Under the pieces are notes generated by a model that did not search any database, was not told where the DNA came from, and saw nothing but the letters and a program-made list of their open reading frames with translations. 64,000 bases of DNA, taken from the NCBI GenBank assembly GCA_964596735.1, contig CAZQVF010000007.1, positions 5,772-69,771 of the forward strand, in the 5' to 3' direction. The DNA comes from an uncultured Gammaproteobacteria bacterium (GTDB lineage Bacteria > Patescibacteriota > Patescibacteriia > UBA2591 > UBA6264). Positions 24,185 through 33,306 of this stretch are shown piece after piece (the stretch's first letter is position 1; the number at the start of each line of letters is the position of its first letter). Both the position numbers and the translations under genes were made by a program.

Positions 24185-24425
24185 AAAAGACAGCGATATT
24201 ATGGAGGTATATCGCTGTTTTTTATTTTTAAAAAATATGTAATGCACTATATTGAAAATAGTTCGAACTTATTTCGCCGCTTGTGGTGGCAGGCAAGCCC
24301 CCAAAATTGAGTAGCCTCTCCGCCTCTGGACGAACTTCGCCTCGATCTTTAACAATTCAAGTTTTTTTGACAGCGGATTCTTTTTATAATGTTCAGGTTT
24401 ATGTAATGTAATCAAAATTTATTAT

Positions 24426-24767
24426 TTAGATAAAAATTTTAATAACCGTACTTATGCCAAATAACCATACAAAAATACCAAAAAGGGCCAAGGCGATGTC
24501 GGGCGACATTTTTAATAATCTAAATAATTGATTAGTTATAAAATTGGTTATTAGTATCGCACCACCCAGCATCAAGATTAAAAATACAATTGCGCCAATC
24601 AACCACCCCCATATCCATATTGAATTTATTAAAACTAATAGCCATTGTATTAAAGCAAATACTAAATAACCAACCGGATATTTTAATAAATTACGTTTGT
24701 AGAAGACATTACAATATGCCCAAAATGATATTGTAACTACGGCCATTACAGCAATAATGGTATTCAT
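24426..24767 (-). CDS. Hypothetical membrane protein (island cargo)
   Basis: 113 aa, about 4 hydrophobic segments. Confidence 0.65.
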   Translation of the reverse strand: MNTIIAVMAVVTISFWAYCNVFYKRNLLKYPVGYLVFALIQWLLVLINSIWIWGWLIGAIVFLILMLGGAILITNFITNQLFRLLKMSPDIALALFGIFVWLFGISTVIKIFI

Positions 24768-24782
24768 AATTTAATAAAAGTT

Positions 24783-25022
24783 TTAATTAAAAATCATCGC
24801 CAATACGCTTGTTATTAAGGCTATTATTGAGATAAAAATAGCATATCTAGAATTATTGGCCTGACCTTTTTTGATTAACTGTTCAATAATAATTTTTCTA
24901 GATATTGTTCCGTTGCCATAACCATATTCCTTAATTCTCCATCGAGAAGCTTCACGTTCTAGTTCAGAATCACTCATCTTATAGTATTTGTTTACTGAAA
25001 ATAAGCTGAATATTTTTTTCAT
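24783..25022 (-). CDS. Hypothetical protein with C-terminal TM helix (island cargo)
   Basis: 79 aa, tightly packed in the operon. Confidence 0.6.
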   Translation of the reverse strand: MKKIFSLFSVNKYYKMSDSELEREASRWRIKEYGYGNGTISRKIIIEQLIKKGQANNSRYAIFISIIALITSVLAMIFN

Positions 25023-25032
25023 AATATTTAGG

Positions 25033-25644
25033 CTACGATTTTATTTTTTCAAACACTTCTTTTACACCTGCCTCGGATAATTTTTCTGTGAATATAAGAT
25101 TAATGTCATTACATTCTTTTAAGTGTGGGTATTTATTTTTAATTTTTTTAATCAAATAATCTAATGTTTGGAAAAATTTTTCAACGCCCTTGTCTATTTT
25201 TTTATCACCTGAATAGTTAGCGCTTTTGTGTGCCAAAAAGTTGTCACGATAGGTTTTTATAGATTCGATAAAAACTTTATGCTTGTTTAGTTCACTATTC
25301 AAATCCTTTTCAAAAATACTATCTTCTAATAGTTTTAAGATGTAATAAATAGATAACCTTGGTTTGTTTGTATCTTTTTGAAAGTATGGAGGATCAATTA
25401 ATCTGGCTACAGAGAGTATCCACGAATGTAGTAATGAAACGATTGCTATATTAAAAAAATTTTTATATTGGCAGCTGTTTTCTATGCATTCATCATTAGA
25501 AAAATATAGCCCTTGTCTAACCTTCTTATTAATTTTTCTTTGATATTTTACATAATAGTTATTTGAATACATCCAAACACAAAATTGCTGGTAAGCTTGA
25601 TTTACATTGTGCGTGAATTCATCTAATTGTTTTTTTTCTATCAT
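25033..25644 (-). CDS. Putative HEPN (AbiU2-like) domain protein
   Basis: Helical protein with ILSVARLID and an Rx5H motif RDNFLAH. Confidence 0.6.
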   Translation of the reverse strand: MIEKKQLDEFTHNVNQAYQQFCVWMYSNNYYVKYQRKINKKVRQGLYFSNDECIENSCQYKNFFNIAIVSLLHSWILSVARLIDPPYFQKDTNKPRLSIYYILKLLEDSIFEKDLNSELNKHKVFIESIKTYRDNFLAHKSANYSGDKKIDKGVEKFFQTLDYLIKKIKNKYPHLKECNDINLIFTEKLSEAGVKEVFEKIKS

Positions 25645-25990
25645 AATAATATTTTTGTAATATTCTTTTCATGGTTGATAGTGTTAATACAAATAAAAGT
25701 ATAAAAATATATATAATCCAATGTGGATAGAAAAAATATATACCACTAAACCATAACATATTTAATATTACACCTGCCACAAATCCATGTTTATTGGCAT
25801 TTACCCATATCGTTTGGAAAAAATAATTTTGTAATGCACCTAATATTATAATTATAAAAATTGCCTTTAATAATAGTCCCCACCATATGTCTGGTGTTAT
25901 ATAAATTCCAGTAAGAGGTAATATTGTAAAGATTGTTGCTATTATAACGCCAGTATTGGAATTATCATGGATATTTTTTTGTTTACTCAT
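25619..25990 (-). CDS. Hypothetical 4-TM membrane protein (island cargo)
   Basis: 123 aa, hydrophobic; overlaps the next gene. Confidence 0.6.
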   Translation of the reverse strand: MSKQKNIHDNSNTGVIIATIFTILPLTGIYITPDIWWGLLLKAIFIIIILGALQNYFFQTIWVNANKHGFVAGVILNMLWFSGIYFFYPHWIIYIFILLFVLTLSTMKRILQKYYYDRKKTIR

Positions 25991-26014
25991 TTTTTTAAGA
26001 ATGAAAAATAATTT

Positions 26015-26043
26015 ATTTCCGATAACTGTTCATAATACAAAAT
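26015..26043. other. Putative recombination site (attI/dif-like) downstream of tRNA-Leu(TAG)
   Basis: ATTTCCGATAA-CTGTTCA-TAATACAAAAT; 21/29 identical to the site at 42798-42826. Confidence 0.45.
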
Positions 26044-26202
26044 ATTTTTGAAAAATATTCTTTCTTTGTATATTATACGAAACGTTTTTTCAAAAATTTT
26101 CTTTTACTAAAATGTGGTTCGAGCCGATATCTTTTACAGGTTTTTTTGGCAGTTTTTTAAGATCGCGTCGAAGCGACTGCAAGTAGATTGACTTTTTCTC
26201 GG

Positions 26203-26287
26203 TGGTGCGGACGGTGGGAGTCGAACCCACACGGGTTTCCCCATAGGATCCTAAATCCTACGCGTCTGCCAGTTCCGCCACGTCCGC
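26203..26287 (-). tRNA. tRNA-Leu(TAG)
   Basis: Reverse complement GCGGACG...TAGGA-TTTAGGA-TCCTA...CGTCCGC-A-CCA. Confidence 0.95.
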
Positions 26288-26294
26288 CCAAAGT

Positions 26295-26930
26295 TCAAAT
26301 ATAAGGTTTTATCTTTTGAAACTTTCTAGACAAATAAATGATATTTTTAGAATAATAAATGCAGTTCAATATCTTTAAAGAATCTTCTATTCCATATTGT
26401 AATTCTTCTGCTCTTGTTGTTTTTGTTATAAAGCCACCAATAGTATTAATCTCACGCTTTATTTCTTTATAAAGCCATTTTAGAAACGTCGGGCTTGCTG
26501 ATATAATTCTAAATCTAATTTGATCGTACTGACTTTCTGGATGTTTGAATACCTTAAAAGATCCATCACCGTCGAATAATCCTCTTAAGAAATCTGGAAA
26601 AAATTTAGAAGGAATATTTAATTTTTTTAAAGAAAGACTTTTTCGAGGCTTTAATCCTATTTTACAAAGGAACTCGTAAAGTTTTTTATTACTAAATTGG
26701 ACTTGATAATATTTTTTTATTTTTGTATATCCGCTTATCTTTCTCCCGATTTTATTTTTTAATCTTAAACATTTCATGAAATTTTTTATCTGTTCAATGT
26801 CTTTCGAAGTAAACATAAGATGTCGTCCATCTGAAGAAAGACATCCGTCGGCAGTAAATAGTCCCACGGCATAAGCAAATTCTGGTGTCCATTTTATAAT
26901 ATAATTTTTATTTTTTTGACTGCCACGCAT
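26295..26930 (-). CDS. Free-standing LAGLIDADG homing endonuclease-family protein
   Basis: Two motifs: YAVGLFTADGCL and FLRGLFDGDGS. Confidence 0.88.
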   Translation of the reverse strand: MRGSQKNKNYIIKWTPEFAYAVGLFTADGCLSSDGRHLMFTSKDIEQIKNFMKCLRLKNKIGRKISGYTKIKKYYQVQFSNKKLYEFLCKIGLKPRKSLSLKKLNIPSKFFPDFLRGLFDGDGSFKVFKHPESQYDQIRFRIISASPTFLKWLYKEIKREINTIGGFITKTTRAEELQYGIEDSLKILNCIYYSKNIIYLSRKFQKIKPYI

Positions 26931-26979
26931 AAATTAGGTTTATTTATATCCCACCACTTCGGCTTTTTTTGTATTAAAA

Positions 26980-27063
26980 TGCCGGGAGAGGGACTCGAAC
27001 CCTCAAGGGCTTGCGCCCACAAGATTTTAAGTCTTGCGTGTATACCAATTCCACCATCCCGGC
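26980..27063 (-). tRNA. tRNA-Leu(TAA)
   Basis: Reverse complement GCCGGGA...CAAGA-CTTAAAA-TCTTG...TCCCGGC-A. Confidence 0.95.
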
Positions 27064-27105
27064 TCTTTTAATTTATTATATATATTAATATATTTTTTGA
27101 TTTTA

Positions 27106-27180
27106 TGGAGCGGGCGAGCAGAATCGAACTGCCGTCTCGACCTTGGCAAGGTCGCATAATAGCCACTATACGACGCCCGC
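27106..27180 (-). tRNA. tRNA-Gly(GCC)
   Basis: Reverse complement GCGGGCG...CGACC-TTGCCAA-GGTCG...CGCCCGC-T-CCA. Confidence 0.95.
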
Positions 27181-27184
27181 ATTT

Positions 27185-27685
27185 TTACATTCCCTCTAGT
27201 ATTATAAGCTCTAACTTGTTTTTTTCAAGATCTAAAACGGCAAAAGTTGCCTTATAAAACATGCCAGCCAAGGTTCCTGGGTTAATCAGTTTTGTTCTTC
27301 CTATAGTTTGCTCCCAAGGCTTGTGATCATGGCCGTAGAAAATATAGTCATATTTCTGGGTTTCTCCTAATTCTTTGGCTTTTGTTGAGTGATGAGTAAA
27401 GGCTATTTTTTTGTTTTCTAAGGTAATGGTGCCGATTTGTCCATATATTTTAAAAATTTTAAAGGCTTTTGCTTGTTGATTTATATCATCAACATAGTCG
27501 GCATTACCATGGGTAAAATGAACTTTAGCATCTAGTTTCTTCGGCCAAGAACTGATCAAACTGATTAATTGACAAAGATCCCCACAATGGATAATAGTAG
27601 TGACTTTATTTTTTTCACAAAAATCCAAAGCCTTTTTTAAGTTAGGAAGATTATCGTGTGAGTCTGCGAAGATAGCTATTTTCAT
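27185..27685 (-). CDS. YfcE-like metallophosphoesterase
   Basis: DSHDN, HCGD, GNAD, THH, GHDH and NPG motifs. Confidence 0.9.
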   Translation of the reverse strand: MKIAIFADSHDNLPNLKKALDFCEKNKVTTIIHCGDLCQLISLISSWPKKLDAKVHFTHGNADYVDDINQQAKAFKIFKIYGQIGTITLENKKIAFTHHSTKAKELGETQKYDYIFYGHDHKPWEQTIGRTKLINPGTLAGMFYKATFAVLDLEKNKLELIILEGM

Positions 27686-28974
27686 CTACTTTGATTTTTA
27701 AGAGATTCAACGACCTGGCGATTAGTTAAAAGATTAGCAATGTACATTTGCCCTGATTCAGATTCGAGATTTTTAATTATCTGCTCCTGACCTAAATACG
27801 CTTTTTTCATTTGCTCAGTTTCTTTTTTAATATCTTCTTCACTTACTTTAATGTTTTCTCTAATAGCTATTTCCCGAATGGCCAGGGCGGTTTTAATTCT
27901 TTCTTCAGCCTTAGGAATAAATTTTTTTCTCAATTGTTCCTCTGTTTTTTTTATCGATTTTAAATAGTCGTCAAATTTAGGAGAAGTTGGATCATCCGGT
28001 CTCTCAATATTACCTTTTAATTCAGCAATCATTTTATCTAGTTCGTGCTCAATTAAAACTTCAGGAAGATCTTCAAACTCTGATTTTTCAACTAATTGTT
28101 TTAATATTTCTATCTCGACCCTTTGCTCTTCTTTGTCGTTTTGTTCAGTCATAATATTTTCCTTGATTTTATCCTTTAATTCTTTAAATGTTTTTAATGG
28201 GCCCATTGATTGAGCAAATTCATCATCTAATTCAGGTAAGTCAATTTGATAAACATCTTTAACTATTGCCTTAAAATTAACTTTTTTTCCAGCTAATCTT
28301 TTATCATAATGATCAACTGGATAAGTAAAAGAAAATTCTTTTTTATCACCCTTTTTTAATCCAGTTAAATTAGCTGATAAACCAGGCAAATATTGGTCAT
28401 TTCCTAAAGTAACAGGGAAGTCTTTCATTTGACCATCTTCTAAAGGAACCTTATCAATAAAAAGATTTAAATCAATTAAAACCTTATCTTTTTTTTTGCA
28501 GGCTCGGTTAACTAATTTTTCTTGGCCGCGCATTGATCGAAGCTGTTCAATGGCTTGATTTACTTTTTCATCTTTTACTTCAACTTTATTTTTTTTAACT
28601 TTGATCTTTTTGTAATCACCGAGTTTAATTTTAGGGATTAAAGCGACAGTTAATTTAACAATAAAAGGATTGTCAGGGGCGAGTTTTTGAATTTGAACTT
28701 GAGGCGGTCCAGCCGGATTAAGACCCTCTTTTTTAATGATTTCAGGATATTTGGCATTAATGGCGTGTTCAGCCGCATGTTCTAATATCTTTGCTGGACC
28801 AATTTGTTCTTTAACCATATGGGCAGGAGCTTTGCCGGCTCGAAAACCAGGAATTTGTATTCCTTCAGATAAATGTTCAATTGCTTCATCATAAAATGGT
28901 TGCATTTTTTTTACAGATAATTCAACAGTAATTTCAATTAAATTTTTAGGTAATTTTTTTGTTTCTACTTCCAT
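27682..28974 (-). CDS. tig: Trigger factor
   Basis: IPGFRAGKAP ribosome-binding motif, FKBP-like domain, C-terminal domain. Confidence 0.93.
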   Translation of the reverse strand: MEVETKKLPKNLIEITVELSVKKMQPFYDEAIEHLSEGIQIPGFRAGKAPAHMVKEQIGPAKILEHAAEHAINAKYPEIIKKEGLNPAGPPQVQIQKLAPDNPFIVKLTVALIPKIKLGDYKKIKVKKNKVEVKDEKVNQAIEQLRSMRGQEKLVNRACKKKDKVLIDLNLFIDKVPLEDGQMKDFPVTLGNDQYLPGLSANLTGLKKGDKKEFSFTYPVDHYDKRLAGKKVNFKAIVKDVYQIDLPELDDEFAQSMGPLKTFKELKDKIKENIMTEQNDKEEQRVEIEILKQLVEKSEFEDLPEVLIEHELDKMIAELKGNIERPDDPTSPKFDDYLKSIKKTEEQLRKKFIPKAEERIKTALAIREIAIRENIKVSEEDIKKETEQMKKAYLGQEQIIKNLESESGQMYIANLLTNRQVVESLKNQSR

Positions 28975-28981
28975 GTTTTAT

Positions 28982-29048
28982 AATTAAATTACATTGTTAT
29001 TTATACATATAGAATTTCAATTTCAAGCTTCTGCGTAGCAGGTTCTTA
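28982..29048. repeat. Dispersed ~70-bp intergenic repeat, copy 1
   Basis: AATTAAATTAC..TATACA..AATTTCAAG-C-TTCTGCGTAGCAGGTTCTTA; related copies at 34211 and 52426. Confidence 0.75.
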
Positions 29049-30308
29049 TTTTTCTTTTTTAGTGGTTTTCTTGGGTTTTGTTTCTTTCTTTTTAACGGTT
29101 TTTTTAGGCTTCTTTTCTGTTTTCTTGGGTTTTGTTTCTTTCTTTTTAACGGTTTTTTTAGGCTTCTTTTCTGTTTTCTTGGGTTTTGTTTCTTTCTTTT
29201 CTTCTTTAGTTTCTTTTGTTTCATCTTCTTCAACTTGTTCTTGAACATCAATTCTCCAGCCACTAAGCTTGGCCGCCAATCTAACGTTCTGTCCGTCTCG
29301 GCCAATAGCAAGAGATAATTGACCCCTTTTTACCTTAACTAAAGCAGAATTATCTTTTTTATTCAATTTCAAAGAGGCAACTTTGGCTGGAGAAAGAGAG
29401 TTAAAAATAAATTTTTCAGGATCTTCACTATATTCAATAATATCTATTTTTTCACCTCCAATTTCATTAATAATGGTCTGAATCCTTACCCCTCTTTGCC
29501 CAATACAAGCGCCAATTGGGTCAATTGACTCTTCTTTGGTCCAGACAGCCACTTTTGACCTGCTTCCCGCTTCTCGAGCAATGGCTTTTATTTCCACTGT
29601 GTTATTAGCGACTTCTGGAATTTCTAATTTAAACAATTCTTTTAATATTTCTGGATGACGACGAGAGAGAATAATTTCAGGCCCTTTAGTTATTTTATTA
29701 ACAGAAAGTACATAAAATTTAATTTTTTGATCAGGATGATATCGTTCCTCACGAACCTGCTCATTTAAAGGAAGAATAGCAGTAGTATCCTTTAAATCGA
29801 TTAAGATAGATTGTCTTTCCTGTCTTTGGACAATACCATTAATAATTGTTCCTTCTTGTTCTTTGTACTTTTCGTAAATACTTTCCCTTTCGGCTTCTCT
29901 TAATCTCTGAACAATTACTTGTTTGGCTGTTTGAGCGGCAATACGGCCAAATTCAGCAGGAATTTCCAATTTTTGTTTAATAACATCACCAATTTTAGCC
30001 TTCTTTTTCATTTTCTTAGCTTCAGATAGTTGAATATCTGTTTTAGGATTAAATCGTTTTTTATCTTCCTGATTTTCTGTATCTTGTTCTTTTTCTTCCT
30101 CATCAAAGTCTTCAACTACGATTTTTTCATCAAAAACTTTCATTTGACCACTTTCTGGTTCAAATATAACCTTAAGATTTTGTAATTTATTACCGAAATC
30201 TTTACGATAAGCTGAAGCTAGAGCTTGTTCAATCGCTCCCAAAACCTGTTCTTTAGAGAGTTTTTTTTCTTGGCAAATTTCTTCAATTGCCGATAAGATT
30301 GTGTTCAT
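29046..30308 (-). CDS. nusA: Transcription factor NusA with Lys-rich repetitive tail
   Basis: FGRIAAQTAKQV, AREAGSRSKVAV, ACIGQRG and LSLAIGRDGQNVRLAAKL. Confidence 0.97.
   Translation of the reverse strand: MNTILSAIEEICQEKKLSKEQVLGAIEQALASAYRKDFGNKLQNLKVIFEPESGQMKVFDEKIVVEDFDEEEKEQDTENQEDKKRFNPKTDIQLSEAKKMKKKAKIGDVIKQKLEIPAEFGRIAAQTAKQVIVQRLREAERESIYEKYKEQEGTIINGIVQRQERQSILIDLKDTTAILPLNEQVREERYHPDQKIKFYVLSVNKITKGPEIILSRRHPEILKELFKLEIPEVANNTVEIKAIAREAGSRSKVAVWTKEESIDPIGACIGQRGVRIQTIINEIGGEKIDIIEYSEDPEKFIFNSLSPAKVASLKLNKKDNSALVKVKRGQLSLAIGRDGQNVRLAAKLSGWRIDVQEQVEEDETKETKEEKKETKPKKTEKKPKKTVKKKETKPKKTEKKPKKTVKKKETKPKKTTKKEK
29065..29200. repeat. 54-bp tandem repeat (about 2.5 copies) in the nusA 3' end
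   Basis: Units begin at 29065, 29119 and 29173; encode KKETKPKKTEKKPKKTVK. Confidence 0.92.
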
Positions 30309-30396
30309 AAGATTAAATTAATATAAATTAAACTAGCTTAAGGGTATTAAGCTAGTGTAAACATATTATACAAGATAAATAAAAAAAGGCAAGGGG

Positions 30397-30963
30397 TTAA
30401 TTTTTAACAAAAACTAGGGCGTAGTGATAAGGACCGGCTTTAACTTCTTTTCCTAGAATCAAACCACATCTGTCAGCGTTTCTTTTTACCTGTTCTGGTC
30501 CGGTTCGGTCCTGAATCGGCGGACCAAAAGGAGCTTGGGTTTTTTTCCAATCAGTGATTAAAAGTTTTCCATTCTTTTTTAAAGTTCGGACGGCTTCTTG
30601 AATAATTAAATCATCTCTTTTTGTTTGAAAAAGGACATTATTAATCATGGCTAAGTCAACAGATTCATTAGGGATTTTCGTTGCTTGAGGAATTTCTAAA
30701 TTAGCCCAAAGAGTCTTAATATTAGGAATACCAAATAAATTGGCCATACTGTTAACATTTTCCAGGGCTGATTTAACTACATCAACAGCATAAACTAAAC
30801 CATCAGGACCAATTAATTTGGCTGCTTGTAAAGTAAAATATCCGCGGCGGCCACAACCTAAATCAGCCACGGTCATTTTTTCAGCGATCCCTACTTTTTC
30901 TAATAAAAGGCGAGCATCAATTAATTCCTTACCCCCAGGAACTTTAATTTGTTGTTCTGCCAT
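30397..30963 (-). CDS. Class I SAM-dependent methyltransferase
   Basis: VADLGCG motif I, VYAVD, RTLKKNGKLLITDW. Confidence 0.88.
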   Translation of the reverse strand: MAEQQIKVPGGKELIDARLLLEKVGIAEKMTVADLGCGRRGYFTLQAAKLIGPDGLVYAVDVVKSALENVNSMANLFGIPNIKTLWANLEIPQATKIPNESVDLAMINNVLFQTKRDDLIIQEAVRTLKKNGKLLITDWKKTQAPFGPPIQDRTGPEQVKRNADRCGLILGKEVKAGPYHYALVFVKN

Positions 30964-31031
30964 ATAATTATTAGTTATTTTATTTATTATTTATTAGTTT
31001 AGATTATTTGAAAAAATTTGGCAAGATTATT

Positions 31032-31958
31032 TTAATTATTAAGATATTTGTCTCGCCCCTCTTTCATTATTGAAACTTTATAAATACTATAGATTAGGAT
31101 TATTACTCCCGCCCATTGGGCCCAAGACAAGAGGTTGTTGCGGATCAAGTATTCAAATAAAATAGCAGAAAGAGGAAAAGCCAACTCGCAAATAGTAGAA
31201 ACCGAAGCAGTCACTTGTTTTAAACCATAATAATATAAGAAGATAGCCAGGCCACCAGTAGAAAAGACAATAATTAAAAAAGTAATAAATTGATGTAGGT
31301 TGATTTGATTAATATTATTTATATCTCCTGTCCCTATAACCACTAATAACATAATCAGAGAAGTTACGCCAAATCTCAGATAAGTACCTATTCTAAAGCT
31401 TATTTTTTGAATGGCTCGTTTACTAAAGACAGTTGAAGAGGCAAAAGAAAAAGCGGCTAATAAGGAAAATAAAGCAGCCGCAATTGTTTTTTCACCAGTA
31501 GAAAGATTTGGTGTTTCTAGGCCAAAGGTTACAAGATAACCACCAATAACCGCTAGACCAGCCCAAGCAAAGAATTTTTTAGGCAATTTTTCTTTGAGAA
31601 TTAACCAGGCTAGTAAGATGGCAAAAAGTGGTTGAAATTTTTGTAATAATATTACTATTGAAAGATTGACAAAGTTAACATAGAATAAGGCTTTGGTAAT
31701 GGCCATTGTTCCAATGGCTCCACCAAAAATAGCAACCCAAACAAAAGCTCCCCAATCACCCTTTTTAAGTTTTCTGACCTCTTTGAACTCTCTAATAAAA
31801 AATGGCAACATGACTAAAAAGGCCAAAGCATGTTCCACAAAAACCACCAGTGGTACGGGTAAACTATAAAGTGATGGTCTAAGGACTATACCGTCCAGGC
31901 CCCATAGAGCTGCAGCAATGACGATGAATAAGGGGGCTAATTTTTTTAAAATATGCAT
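31032..31958 (-). CDS. EamA/DMT-family transporter
   Basis: 10 TM helices in two repeats; QPLFAILLAWLILKEK. Confidence 0.88.
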   Translation of the reverse strand: MHILKKLAPLFIVIAAALWGLDGIVLRPSLYSLPVPLVVFVEHALAFLVMLPFFIREFKEVRKLKKGDWGAFVWVAIFGGAIGTMAITKALFYVNFVNLSIVILLQKFQPLFAILLAWLILKEKLPKKFFAWAGLAVIGGYLVTFGLETPNLSTGEKTIAAALFSLLAAFSFASSTVFSKRAIQKISFRIGTYLRFGVTSLIMLLVVIGTGDINNINQINLHQFITFLIIVFSTGGLAIFLYYYGLKQVTASVSTICELAFPLSAILFEYLIRNNLLSWAQWAGVIILIYSIYKVSIMKEGRDKYLNN

Positions 31959-31990
31959 AGATTAAAACAACTTATTTATATTATTAAATC

Positions 31991-33286
31991 TTATACGAGT
32001 TGTATTTTTGCACCCAGTTTGTTAAGGCGGTGATAAAGATCTTCATAGCCTCGGTTAATTGAATACATTTTTCTTAAAACAGAAGTGCCTTGAGCCGCAA
32101 GCATGGCAATGAGGATAATAGCGGCCGGCCTGAGAGCAGAGGGACAAATGATTTCTGTTCCTTTTAATTTTGCCGGACCTTTAATATAGACGCGATAAGG
32201 GTCGGCAAGGATAATTTTTGCTCCTAGTTTAGCCAATTCAGTGTAGTAAAGAGCCCGATGTTCATAGACCCAATCATGAATTAAGGTTTCCCCTTTGGCC
32301 TGAGTAGCAATGGGAACAAAAAACGGCAGGTTATCAATATTTAATCCTGGAAATGGCCGAGCATAGATTTTTTCTTCTAAAGCAGTTAATTTTGAAGGAT
32401 ATGTTTTAATGTCAACTAGCTTGGTAAAGCCGTTTCTAGCTTTATATTTTCTCAAAATCTTGAATTTAAAATTCATTTTTTCTAGTTTAAGTAATTCTAG
32501 CTCTAAGAATTCAATAGGACAGCGTTTAATGGTTAAAGCAGAATTTGTAGTGGCGGCTACTGCTAAAAAGAACATTGATTCAATTGGATCTTCACTTAAA
32601 TAATAGTTAATTGGTTTGTTAATATTTGGTTTTCCCTGAACAGTTAAGGTGGTCGTGCCAATCCCGGTTATTTTTACCCCTAATTTTAATAAAAAATAAC
32701 AGAGATCTTGAACCTGATAATTGGCAGAAGCCAGCTTAATTGTAGTTTTTCCATGAATTTTTGCTGCCGCCATTAAAACATTTTCTGTGGTTGTATCCCC
32801 TGATTCATATAAGACAATTTCGGCTGGCTTTAAACTAGTTTTAGAGATTTGATAAAACCTGGAAAGTGTTTTTATTTTTACCCCTAGTTTTTCTAAGGCA
32901 AATAAATGAGGGCGGACAGTTCTTAGTCCTAATTTACAACCGCCGGGCTGAGGAAGTTTAAAATTAGGAAGCAGATGAGTTAAGGGCCCCATAAGCATAA
33001 TAATACTCCTGGTTTTAATGGCTGCTTTATGGTCAAGATTGTTAATATTTATTTTTTTGGGGGGAATAATTTCTAAATCATTTTTATCAACCCAATCAAT
33101 CTTTATTTTCAAGCTTTTTAAAACCTCCATAATGCGGTTAACCTCTTCAATATGAGGGACGTTTTTTAAAACAGTTTTGTTTTTATTTAAAAGAGAGGCA
33201 CACATTAAAGCAACCGCGGCATTTTTTGAAGTGTTAGTAGTAACAGTTCCTTTTAATTTTTGACCTCCTTGGATTTTGAAATTCAT
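31991..33286 (-). CDS. murA: UDP-N-acetylglucosamine 1-carboxyvinyltransferase
   Basis: SKNAA, PGGCKLGLR (catalytic Cys), TENVLMAA and INRGYE. Confidence 0.9.
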   Translation of the reverse strand: MNFKIQGGQKLKGTVTTNTSKNAAVALMCASLLNKNKTVLKNVPHIEEVNRIMEVLKSLKIKIDWVDKNDLEIIPPKKININNLDHKAAIKTRSIIMLMGPLTHLLPNFKLPQPGGCKLGLRTVRPHLFALEKLGVKIKTLSRFYQISKTSLKPAEIVLYESGDTTTENVLMAAAKIHGKTTIKLASANYQVQDLCYFLLKLGVKITGIGTTTLTVQGKPNINKPINYYLSEDPIESMFFLAVAATTNSALTIKRCPIEFLELELLKLEKMNFKFKILRKYKARNGFTKLVDIKTYPSKLTALEEKIYARPFPGLNIDNLPFFVPIATQAKGETLIHDWVYEHRALYYTELAKLGAKIILADPYRVYIKGPAKLKGTEIICPSALRPAAIILIAMLAAQGTSVLRKMYSINRGYEDLYHRLNKLGAKIQLV

Positions 33287-33306
33287 AAATTATCTAATTA
33301 ATATTA

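Noticed and set aside
29065-29200. Possible CRISPR array
   Set aside because: Head-to-tail coding repeat with no unique spacers; no repeat-spacer array or cas gene seen anywhere in the window
28997-29311. 104-aa Lys-rich ORF and 60-aa Phe-rich antisense ORF
   Set aside because: Alternative-frame readings of the nusA 54-bp repeat
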